Made by a program: the position numbers and the translations under genes
Source: Actinomycetota bacterium
GTDB lineage: Bacteria > Actinomycetota > UBA4738 > HRBIN12
Reading direction: 5' to 3'
Length of the DNA stretch: 64,000 nucleotides
Assembly (NCBI GenBank): GCA_035691205.1
Contig: DASSJM010000017.1
Location: forward strand, 9,481 to 73,480
In this document: positions 52,667 through 64,000 of the stretch, piece by piece
How the letters are laid out: each line of letters starts with the position of its first letter
Numbering within the stretch: the stretch's first letter is position 1
The notes under the pieces: generated by a model
What the model saw: only the letters and a program-made list of their open reading frames with translations
What the model was told of the DNA's origin: nothing
Database searches by the model: none

Positions 52667-53490
52667 TCGCGGTTCTGGCGGCCTCGCTCGCCGCGATGTC
52701 GAGCACGCTCGCGGTCGGAGCGCTCGCGATCCGGACGCGCGGGTCGCTCGCGGCCAGCCTGCCGACGACCGACGTGACCGACCCTCGGCGGTCGCCGCTC
52801 GCGGTGATCGGGTCGCTCCCGATGGTGCGGCGGATCGGGCTCCGAGGCCCCTCGCTTCGTCGTCTGGAGGCGAGCGGGGGTCCATGGACCGAGCGCGAGG
52901 CGATCGGCGCGAAGGCGCTGTCGGCTGGAGCGGCCGCGCTGCTGTGCGTCCTCGCCGGTGCCTGGCCGCTGGCGCTGCCGCTGGTCGTGCTCGGGCTCCG
53001 GCTACCCGAGGTCTGGCTTTCGAGACTGGCCGCCAGGCGGCTGACTTCCGCTGACCGTGAGGTGCCGGTGCTGCTCGACCTGCTGGCGGTGGCCGTCTCG
53101 GCCGGCCTGCCGCCGCAGGCCGCGCTCCGACGGGCGATCGACGCCGCCGAAGGTCCCCTGGCGGACGAGCTCCGGCTGGTCGTGCGTGCGACGGACCTGG
53201 GCGGACGGTGGCGGGACGAGCTGTCGATGGCCGCCCGTCGCCTCGGCCTTCCCGATCTGGACCGGGTCGTGGGCACGCTCACGCGTGCGGAGGCGCTCGG
53301 CTCCTCGCTGGCTGAGGAGGTGGCGCGCCTGGCCGCGGACGTCCGCGAGCGACGCCGCGCGGTCGCCACCGAGCGCGCCCGGACGGCCCCGGTGAAGATG
53401 CTGTTCCCCCTCGTGTTCCTCGTCCTCCCCGCGTTCCTCCTCCTCACGGTGGTCCCGGTGCTCATCGCCACCGTCGAGTCGATCCGTTAG
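52663..53490 (+). CDS. Type II secretion system F-family protein TadC
   Basis: GTGA-coupled. Polytopic. Paralogous to TadB. Confidence 0.8.
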   Translation: MIAVLAASLAAMSSTLAVGALAIRTRGSLAASLPTTDVTDPRRSPLAVIGSLPMVRRIGLRGPSLRRLEASGGPWTEREAIGAKALSAGAAALLCVLAGAWPLALPLVVLGLRLPEVWLSRLAARRLTSADREVPVLLDLLAVAVSAGLPPQAALRRAIDAAEGPLADELRLVVRATDLGGRWRDELSMAARRLGLPDLDRVVGTLTRAEALGSSLAEEVARLAADVRERRRAVATERARTAPVKMLFPLVFLVLPAFLLLTVVPVLIATVESIR

Positions 53491-53506
53491 GAGGAGGTGC
53501 ACCGAG

Positions 53507-53737
53507 ATGCTGCTGTTCTGGTACGTGCGGGCACGCTCGCTCGTCGCCGATCTGTGGGTGCGGGCGTGGGTTCGGGCGCGCGTGGAGGCTGGTCAGACCA
53601 CGGCCGAGTACGCCCTGGTGATCCTCGCGGCCGCCGCCGTCGCCGTGGTGCTGATCGCGTGGGCCCGGTCCTCGGGCAAGCTGCCCGAGTTCTTCGACAA
53701 CATCATCGACCAGGTCGCGGGGAGCGCCGGAGGGTAG
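53507..53737 (+). CDS. flp: Flp/Fap family type IVb pilin
   Basis: EAGQTTAEYALVILAAAAVAVVLIAW matches the Flp motif (G/xxxxEY plus hydrophobic helix). 76 aa. Confidence 0.8.
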   Translation: MLLFWYVRARSLVADLWVRAWVRARVEAGQTTAEYALVILAAAAVAVVLIAWARSSGKLPEFFDNIIDQVAGSAGG

Positions 53738-53760
53738 TGGGGTGCTGGCGAGCGCTGGGG

Positions 53761-54141
53761 TCAGCGCTTCTCCATGTACTTCTTCAGCCCGAGGAGCGGA
53801 AGGATGAACGCGGCCAGGAGCGACGCCACCCAGACGATCACGGCGGCCAGGATCCAGGTCGTGGTCCCGTCGATCGTGAACCCATCGGAGATCAGGTCGG
53901 TGATGATCAGCGCGATCAGGGTGGCGATCAGGGCCACGCCTCCCAGGGCCGCCGACTCGTTCCTCCTGAACATGTTCGCCATGAACGGGGTCATCAGGGC
54001 GAGCGCGATGGTGAAGATGATGACCGCCGTGATGAACGCCGTCGCGTCGATGCTCATGTCGTCCAGGACGAGCGAGGCGACCCACAGGCCGAGGGCATTC
54101 GCCAGCAGCATCACACCGGTGCGGACCAGGAATCGGATCAT
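53761..54141 (-). CDS. Small polytopic membrane protein, phage-holin-4_2-like family (PF04020-like)
   Basis: Start MIRFLVRTGVMLLANALGLWVASLVL at ATG 54141. Four TM helices. Lies on the opposite strand between flp and tadE. Confidence 0.6.
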   Translation of the reverse strand: MIRFLVRTGVMLLANALGLWVASLVLDDMSIDATAFITAVIIFTIALALMTPFMANMFRRNESAALGGVALIATLIALIITDLISDGFTIDGTTTWILAAVIVWVASLLAAFILPLLGLKKYMEKR

Positions 54142-54196
54142 GGCGGCATCCTGGCACGCCGTGGCTTGCGGGGCAAACCGGCAGGGCCCCTCGCCC

Positions 54197-54595
54197 GTGG
54201 CGCAGCCGGCTCGAGCCGGTGCGCACGAACGCGGCTCGGCCTCGGTCGAGTTCGCACTGGTGCTGCCGATCCTGCTCCTGGTCCTCATGGCGCTCGTGCA
54301 GGTGGGAGCGTTGGCACGGGATCAGCTGGTGCTCACGCAGGCATCACGGGCGGGGGCGCGGGAGGCGGCGGTCGACGGGTCGGTCGAGGCGGTGCAGGAG
54401 GCGGTTCGCTCGGCGGCGACGGCGCTGGACGCCGAGCGACTGTCGGTCGACGTCGTGTGGAGCGGCGCGCGCGGGGATCCGGTCACGGTCTCGATCGTCT
54501 ACGAGGTGCCGATCGCGTCGCCGCTCGCCGGCTGGGCACTGCCCGAGGCCGTGACCCTCCGCTCCAGCGCGACGATGCGCCAGGAGTTCGCGTGA
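54197..54595 (+). CDS. TadE-like pilus assembly protein
   Basis: ERGSASVEFALVLPILLLVLMALVQVG is a TadE N-terminal motif. GTG start. Confidence 0.75.
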   Translation: MAQPARAGAHERGSASVEFALVLPILLLVLMALVQVGALARDQLVLTQASRAGAREAAVDGSVEAVQEAVRSAATALDAERLSVDVVWSGARGDPVTVSIVYEVPIASPLAGWALPEAVTLRSSATMRQEFA

Positions 54596-54963
54596 GCAGC
54601 GAGCGCGGCTCGGTGTCGATCATCGTCGCGGCGATGATGGCGGCGATCGTCGTCCTTGCCCTGGGGGCGGCGGACGTCGCGCGGGTCTTCGCCGTCGCAT
54701 CGCGGGCTCAGTCGGCCGCGGACGCGGCGGCGCTGGCCGCGGCCCAGGAGCTCGCGCTGCCCGCGGGGGAGGGCTCCCCGGGCGACATCGCGGCCGCGTA
54801 CGCGATCCGGAACGGCGCCGCGCTCCGGACCTGCGCCTGCGAGCCCGGGACCTTCGACGCGCAGGTGGAGGTCGACGTTGCGGTCGGGCCCCTGTCCCTC
54901 GCGCCGGACGACCTGCGCGTCACCGCGTCGGCCCGCGCCGTGGTCGACCTCCCAACGCCGTAG
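54592..54963 (+). CDS. TadE/TadG-like (Rv3654c-like) pilus assembly protein
   Basis: GTGA-coupled. ERGSVSIIVAAMMAAIVVLALGAADVARVF. CxC near the C-terminus. Confidence 0.65.
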   Translation: MSSERGSVSIIVAAMMAAIVVLALGAADVARVFAVASRAQSAADAAALAAAQELALPAGEGSPGDIAAAYAIRNGAALRTCACEPGTFDAQVEVDVAVGPLSLAPDDLRVTASARAVVDLPTP

Positions 54964-54981
54964 GCGGGGGACGGTCAGGCC

Positions 54982-55341
54982 TCAGGCCGGCTTCGCGTAG
55001 TTGCTCGCTCCGAACCAGTCGACGACCACGGCCGGCTCGTCGCCGACGACCCAGGCGTCGTGGCCGCTGGGCAGCGAGGTGACGTCCCCGGGCTCGGCGA
55101 TGAACTCGGTGCCGTCGTCCATCAGGATCGCCAGCCTGCCGCTCAGGTGGTACTGGAAGTGAGGCGCCTCGCAACTCTCGGTCCCCGCGGTCGCCTTGAG
55201 GTGCGTCGACCAGCGCCATCCAGGCTCGAAGATGAACCGCCCGACCTCGCTGTCGCCGATCTTCAGGATCTCGGCTCGCCCGTCGGGGAACTCGCGGACC
55301 TCATCCGGCCTCTCGAAGCTCGAGTGCTCGGTCTGCTGCAC
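54982..55341 (-). CDS. Cupin domain protein
   Basis: 119 aa. HxH...E...H cupin motifs (STHLKATAGTESCEAPHFQYH...GHDAWVV). Confidence 0.85.
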   Translation of the reverse strand: MQQTEHSSFERPDEVREFPDGRAEILKIGDSEVGRFIFEPGWRWSTHLKATAGTESCEAPHFQYHLSGRLAILMDDGTEFIAEPGDVTSLPSGHDAWVVGDEPAVVVDWFGASNYAKPA

Positions 55342-55367
55342 GTTCGATCTCCCTTCGCTCGCCAGCG

Positions 55368-55383
55368 GGTAGGATTCTTACCT
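55368..55383. promoter_or_regulatory. 16-bp perfect palindrome TACCTACTAGTAGGTA in the cupin/TetR divergent intergenic region, a putative TetR operator
   Basis: Perfect inverted repeat seen directly, about 50 bp upstream of the TetR start and about 27 bp upstream of the cupin start. Confidence 0.55.
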
Positions 55384-55432
55384 ACTAGTAGGTAGACAGT
55401 CAAGCCCCGATCGATCGTGGAAGGATCCGGCG

Positions 55433-56044
55433 ATGGGTGTGGCAGGACGGCGAGGCGACGAGGGGACGGACGCCGCCATCCTGGACGTCGCCGAGCGACT
55501 GGTGCAGACCCGCGGGTTCAACGGCTTCAGCTACGCGGACGTCGCCTCGGAGCTCTCGGTGACCAAGGCGAGCCTCCACTACCACTTCCCGAGCAAGGCG
55601 GAGCTGGGAGAGGCGCTCATCGACCGGTACTCCGAGCGGTTCGCCGCGTCGCTCAGCGAGATCGGGTCGGGTGCGCTGGACGCCGGGCGGAGGCTCGATG
55701 CGTACGCGGGCCTGTACGCGGAGGTGCTGCGCGACGAGCGCATGTGCCTGTGCGGCATGCTCGCCGCCGAGTACGAGACGCTCCCCGGACCGATGCGCGA
55801 GGCGATCGTGCGGTTCTTCGATCTGAACGAGGTCTGGCTCTCGAGGGTGCTGACCGAGGGCCGGCGCGGGGGGGCGTTGACGTTCTCGGGATCCCCGCGG
55901 GAGACGGCGCGGGGCATCCTCAGCGGCCTGGAGGGGGCGATGCTGGTGATCCGGGCGCAGGGCGATCTGGCGCGCTTCACCACCACGGCGCGGAGGCTCG
56001 TCGCGAGCCTCGCCGGCGTGGTCCCCGCGCGCCGTCGGTCGTGA
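55433..56044 (+). CDS. TetR/AcrR family transcriptional regulator
   Basis: N-terminal HTH FNGFSYADVASELSVTKASLHYHFPSKAELGEAL. Confidence 0.85.
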   Translation: MGVAGRRGDEGTDAAILDVAERLVQTRGFNGFSYADVASELSVTKASLHYHFPSKAELGEALIDRYSERFAASLSEIGSGALDAGRRLDAYAGLYAEVLRDERMCLCGMLAAEYETLPGPMREAIVRFFDLNEVWLSRVLTEGRRGGALTFSGSPRETARGILSGLEGAMLVIRAQGDLARFTTTARRLVASLAGVVPARRRS

Positions 56045-56048
56045 GCGG

Positions 56049-57011
56049 CTAGCCGCCCGCGAGCACCGCGCCCCCGACCGCACCCGAGAGGTCGCCGTGC
56101 TCGGTGGTGAGCATCTTCGGGGGCTGGTCGGGCACGAACAGCAGGGGCAGCATCTCCTTCTCGATGCGCTCCACGAACGGGGCGCCCAGTCGGTCGCCGA
56201 GGCCTCCGCCGATGACGATCGCCTCCAGGCAGAGCAGGTTCTGCACCGTCGCGAGCCCGACGCCGAGCGCCCACACGGCGCCGTCGATCAGCTCCTCGGC
56301 GAGCTTGTCCTTGTGCTCCAGCGCCTCGGCGACCACACCGCTCGACATGCGCGAGCGACCCTTCTTCTCCATGATCTTGAACAGGTCCGTCTTGCGGCCG
56401 CCGTCGTGCAGCTCGCGCGCGTACACCTCCATCCGGCCGCGCCCCGCGTAGGCCTCGAGGTGCCCCTTCCGGCCGTCCGAGCACACGCGACCGCCCGGCT
56501 TCACGATGATGTGGCCGATCTCCCCGGCCGCGCCCTGCCCGCGGTACGGCTCGCCGTTCAGGATCAGCCCGCCGCCGACGCCCGTGCCGACCCACACGCC
56601 CAGCAGGTTGCGGTAGCCGCGGCCGGCCCCGCGCTTCCACTCGCCCAGGATCGCCACGCGGACGTCGTTGTCGATCGTGACCGGTGCGCCCGCCAGGCCC
56701 TCGGAGACCATCGCGCCGAGCGGCACCGGCTCGCTCGTCTGGAACCCCGGGAGGTTGGGCGAGCTCGAGACGGTGCCCGCCTCCGTGTCGATCGCCCCCG
56801 GCGCCCCGATCCCCACGCCCCGGACGTCGGAGGGATGGGCCTCGACCTCCGCGAGGGCCGCCGTTGCCACCGCCACGATCGCCGCCGCCACGTCCCGGGC
56901 ACCGGTGAGGGGCGTGGCGAGCCGGAACGTCCCCACCACCCGTTCCTCCCGCACGGCCGCTGCCTGGATCTTCGTGCCGCCGACGTCGATGCCGATCGTG
57001 ATGTCGCCCAT
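56049..57011 (-). CDS. ROK family sugar kinase (glucokinase-like)
   Basis: GIDVGGTK. ROK zinc motif GHIIVKPGGRVCSDGRKGHLE. 320 aa. Confidence 0.9.
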   Translation of the reverse strand: MGDITIGIDVGGTKIQAAAVREERVVGTFRLATPLTGARDVAAAIVAVATAALAEVEAHPSDVRGVGIGAPGAIDTEAGTVSSSPNLPGFQTSEPVPLGAMVSEGLAGAPVTIDNDVRVAILGEWKRGAGRGYRNLLGVWVGTGVGGGLILNGEPYRGQGAAGEIGHIIVKPGGRVCSDGRKGHLEAYAGRGRMEVYARELHDGGRKTDLFKIMEKKGRSRMSSGVVAEALEHKDKLAEELIDGAVWALGVGLATVQNLLCLEAIVIGGGLGDRLGAPFVERIEKEMLPLLFVPDQPPKMLTTEHGDLSGAVGGAVLAGG

Positions 57012-57040
57012 GCGTCCTCCTCGACCACCGAACCGGCCGA

Positions 57041-58234
57041 TCAGCCGGGAGTATCGCCCTCCGCGGGCCAGCCCGTGTAGGCCTGGTGGCCGCGCTTGCG
57101 GAGCTCATTGCCCATGACCCCTCGCTGGATCTCCGAGGTTCCCTCCCAGATCCGGTCCACGCGCAGCTCGCGCCAGATGCGCTCGACGGGGTTCTCGCGC
57201 ATGTAGCCGCGGCCGCCGAAGATCTGCACGGCCCGGTCCGCCACGCGTCCCGCCGTCTCCGAGCACACCAGCTTGACCGCGCTCGCGAGCGCGTGGAGCT
57301 CCTTGCGGGCGGTCCCGCCGCGCGCGGCCTGCCATCCCACCCGGTACAGCATCGCCTTGGCCGCCATGATCTCGGCGGCCATGTCGGCGAGCATGAACTC
57401 GACGGCCTGGAACTCCACGATCGGCCTGCCGAACTGCACGCGCTCGGTCGCGAACGCGAGCGACAGGTCGAGCGCCCGCGTGGCGGCGCCCATCGTCCGC
57501 GCCCCGATCATGATGCGCTCCTCGACGAACCAGTCCTTCGTGAGCTCGAACCCTTGGCCGACCTCGCCGAGCACCGCGTCGTCGTCCACACGCACGCCGT
57601 GGAACGCGAAGATCGGATGCTCGAACACGAAGGTGTGCGTGTACTTCGGGGTCCGGACGAGCTCCACGCCCGGCAGGTCCTTGTCGACGAGGAACACGGT
57701 GGCCTTTGACGCCTCGCCGTCGACGTGCGCGTGCACCAGGAAGAAGTCGGCGACGTCGCCCGAGGTGACGTGCCACTTCTCGCCATCGATCAACCAGCCG
57801 TCGCCGTCGCGACGCGCGCTCGTCCGAACCATCGTGGGGTCCGATCCGGCGCCCTCCTCGGTGATCGCGTACGCGTCGCGGCGCTCGCCACGGCAGGCGG
57901 GGCGCAGGTAGCGCTCCTTCTGGATCTCCGTCCCGATCGCCAGTGGGATCGACGGGCGCCACGGGAGATCCCAGAGGGCGCCCGTGGCATGTCCCCACTG
58001 CTCCTCGACCAGGATCTGCTGGAACGTGTCCAGGCCCTGCCCGCCGTCCTCGATCGCGTGGTTGATGGCGCCGAAGCCCGCGTCGAGCACGGCCCGCTTG
58101 GCCCTCGCGAAGCTCTCGTCGCCGAGCCCCTCGTTCTGCTCGCACTCGAGCTCGAGCGGGATCAGGACCTCGTCGGTGAAAGCACGCGCGCGCCGCTGCA
58201 GTTCGCGGTCGGCGTCGTCCAGCCGGATGTCCAA
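57041..58234 (-). CDS. Acyl-CoA dehydrogenase
   Basis: ACAD N/M/C domains. AITEEGAGSDP. QIFGGRGY. Confidence 0.9.
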   Translation of the reverse strand: MDIRLDDADRELQRRARAFTDEVLIPLELECEQNEGLGDESFARAKRAVLDAGFGAINHAIEDGGQGLDTFQQILVEEQWGHATGALWDLPWRPSIPLAIGTEIQKERYLRPACRGERRDAYAITEEGAGSDPTMVRTSARRDGDGWLIDGEKWHVTSGDVADFFLVHAHVDGEASKATVFLVDKDLPGVELVRTPKYTHTFVFEHPIFAFHGVRVDDDAVLGEVGQGFELTKDWFVEERIMIGARTMGAATRALDLSLAFATERVQFGRPIVEFQAVEFMLADMAAEIMAAKAMLYRVGWQAARGGTARKELHALASAVKLVCSETAGRVADRAVQIFGGRGYMRENPVERIWRELRVDRIWEGTSEIQRGVMGNELRKRGHQAYTGWPAEGDTPG

Positions 58235-58265
58235 CCTCGCTCCCGCGGTAGGGTCCAGCGGGAGT

Positions 58266-59437
58266 CTACGGAGGCGGGAGGGGTCTCGATCTCGGCAAGG
58301 TGTCCACGTCGGGGCCGCCGTCGAGCGCGAGGATCTCCCAGGCCTCGACGGGGCGGGCGGCGCCCTTGAGCGTGAGGGGCTCCCGCTCGTGCGCCTGGAC
58401 GCGATCCTTGACGAGCGCGTACGTGCGGAACCCGACGAGGACCGTTCCGGGGTCCGCCGCTGCCTGCAGGCGCGCAGCGACGTTCACGGAGAAGCCGATG
58501 GCCGTGTACGAGCGCAGGACGTCGCTGCCGAACATGCCCACCATGCAACGCCCGGTGTTCACCCCCACCCGCACCCGAAGGTCGGCCGGGATCCCTCTTC
58601 CGCGGACCGCCGCGGTCAGCTCCTCCGCCCGGGTACGCATCGCGAACGCCGCCTGGACCGCCGACCACGCCTGCACCGGCTCCTCCAGGGAGACCGGCGC
58701 GCCGAACAGGACCATGAGCCCGTCGCCGATGTAGCGGTCGAGCGTGCCGCGATGGGCGACGGCGATGGCCGCCATCTCGCGGAGGTACTCGTTGAGGACC
58801 TCGGAGAGCTCCTCGGGCTCCAAGGTGTCGGACAGGTCCGTGAACCCCACCATGTCCGCGAACAACGTCGTCAGCTTGCGACGCTCGACGCCCTCGGAGG
58901 GTGAGAGCTCGCCCGCCATCAGCCCCTCGGCGACCTGGTGAGGGAGGAACCGCTTCAGCTCGCCCGTCCGCACGAGCTCGGCCATCTGCTCCTCGACGCG
59001 CGACTCGAGCTGCCGGTTGAGCTCGGCGACCTGGCGCAGGTGCTCGGCCTCCAGGTCATGCAGGCGCTTCTTCGACAGGCCCGCGTTCACCCGGGCCCCC
59101 AGCAGGACGGGGTCGATCGGCTTGGGCAGGTAGTCGTCCGCCCCGAGCTCGATGCACCGCACGGCGCTGTCGGGGTCGTCGAGCGAGGTCACCATCACCA
59201 CGGGCAGGTGCCGTAGCGCCGGGTCGGCCTTCAGCTGCTCGAGCACCTGGTACCCGTCCATCTGCGGCATCACGACGTCGAGCAGGATGACGTCGACGTC
59301 TCCGGAGCGGGCCAGCTCGAGCGCCTGCGCGCCGCCCTCGGCCGCGATCGCCTGGTTTCCCTCGCGCTCGAGGTGGGCCGTCGTCATCAGGCGCGCCACG
59401 GGATCGTCGTCCACCACGAGCACCCGCGCCTGCTCGT

Positions 59438-59441
<4 letters not shown>
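58266..59441 (-). CDS. Response regulator receiver fused to an adenylate/guanylate cyclase (class III CYCc) domain
   Basis: VLVVDDDP...DVILLDVVMPQMDG (receiver Asp). Cyclase blocks TTLFADMVGFT, GDGLMVLFG, NTGRCMVG. GTGA overlap with the upstream kinase. Confidence 0.9.
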
Positions 59442-63220
<3,779 letters not shown>

Positions 63221-63240
63221 TCCCCTTTCGGTGCATCGCC

Positions 63241-64000
63241 CTATGCGGCCTCGGTGCAGGTTAGCCCGCGGACCGCGAGGGTGCGCCTGCCGGTCTCGAG
63301 GTCGCGCGTCCCCACCGCGAGCACCGTGCCGTCGGGGAGCGCGTCCACGGCGGTGAGCGCGTCGGACCCGCCCACGGGTGGACCATCGACGAACCTCCAG
63401 CGCCGGCCGTCCCAGCGAACCACCGCGACGCGGCTCGCCCCCTCTTCCCCCGCGGGACGCGATCCGACCGACCAGAGGTCCGCGCCGCCCACCGCGGCGA
63501 CGTCGGAGAGCACCGCGTCGTCGGGGATCGTCGCGGCTTCGGTCCACGCGGACCCGTCGAACCGCTGGATCGGCGTGCCGACGGCCCACACGTCGCTCGA
63601 CGCGAAGGCCTCGATCGCGGCGAGCTCGCCGTCCACCTCGGTCTCGCTCTTGCTCCACGCGAGCCCGTTGAAGCGCAGGATCAGCGGTCGGTTCTGCTGG
63701 TAGCCGACGACCCACAGATCGGTCGGGGAGACGGCGTCGACGTCGCGCAGCATCGCCCGGCCTCCTCCGATCGCGCGCCGGACGTCGACGATCTCCCAGG
63801 TGAAGCCGTCCCAGTGCAGCACGAGCGCGCGTTCGAGCGAGGCGGCGGGCTCGCCGACGTACCCGACCGCCCACACGTCGCTGGGCGAGAGCGCGACGAC
63901 GTCGTTCAGGACGCCGTCCACCTCGTCGGGCACCTCGACCTCGGCCCACGCGGTCCCGTCGAAGCGCAGGACCAAGGGGCTCTCGTCGAACCCGCTGGAG
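63241..64000 (-). CDS. Beta-propeller-repeat protein (W-x-V-G repeats), C-terminal part; the gene continues beyond the window end
   Basis: Repeats DVWAVGY, DLWVVGY, DVWAVGT, DLWSVGS, VLAVGT at about 45-aa spacing. Frame open to the window edge. Stop is 20 nt upstream of the kinase start. Confidence 0.55.
   Translation of the reverse strand, partial: SSGFDESPLVLRFDGTAWAEVEVPDEVDGVLNDVVALSPSDVWAVGYVGEPAASLERALVLHWDGFTWEIVDVRRAIGGGRAMLRDVDAVSPTDLWVVGYQQNRPLILRFNGLAWSKSETEVDGELAAIEAFASSDVWAVGTPIQRFDGSAWTEAATIPDDAVLSDVAAVGGADLWSVGSRPAGEEGASRVAVVRWDGRRWRFVDGPPVGGSDALTAVDALPDGTVLAVGTRDLETGRRTLAVRGLTCTEAA

Noticed and set aside
53761-54141. Holin-family membrane gene as evidence of a prophage
   Set aside because: There are no phage structural, terminase or integrase genes nearby. 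PF04020-like proteins are widespread non-phage membrane proteins, and it sits inside a tad pilus locus.

Overview
This 64 kb window is very GC-rich (about 70% by eye) and looks like a high-GC Gram-positive chromosome, probably Actinobacteria-like. That is suggested by an F420-type LLM oxidoreductase, mycothiol-type DinB/MDMPI proteins, a WS/DGAT, an actinobacterial-style tad/flp locus and a HrdB/SigB-like sigma factor. About 65 protein genes are supported, tightly packed, many translationally coupled. Many long Arg/Ala/Gly/Pro-rich six-frame ORFs are off-frame or antisense shadows of real genes and were rejected. The window contains an MBOAT pair, acyl-CoA dehydrogenases and lipid enzymes (WS/DGAT, PlsC), a Zn-uptake-like cluster (ZIP plus a two-component permease) and several regulators (GntR, TetR with a 16-bp operator palindrome, ECF sigma/anti-sigma, RpoD-family sigma). 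It also contains a complete tad/flp pilus assembly locus, one tRNA (tRNA-Sec, anticodon UCA) and a large two-component region: a 6xPAS hybrid kinase, a receiver-adenylate cyclase and a PAS-HK coupled to an adenosine-specific-kinase-like gene. No rRNA, CRISPR, transposase or integrase was found. Six items deserve a second look. (1) A four-gene minus-strand cassette at 2945-6298 encodes a C39-like papain-fold protein, a SLATT-like 2TM protein, a patatin phospholipase and an M15 peptidase with a PG-binding domain; this is a candidate undescribed membrane/cell-wall-attacking module of defence, abortive-infection or domesticated-lysis type. (2) tRNA-Sec has its 3' half duplicated 1.4 kb away, bracketing an ECF sigma/anti-sigma pair whose sensor domain is paralogous to a secreted protein on the other side of the tRNA. 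(3) Three tandem paralogous AP-superfamily (NPP-type) lipoproteins, plus a divergent fourth, sit next to an 1125-aa membrane protein fused to an MFS domain. (4) A MoaD/ThiS-like beta-grasp domain ending in Gly-Gly is fused in frame to a BNR beta-propeller. (5) A type-1-copper cupredoxin is fused to a beta-helix and a PLDc_N membrane anchor. (6) A 16-bp perfect palindrome lies in the cupin/TetR divergent intergenic region. All functional calls rest on motif recognition by eye; no database search was run.
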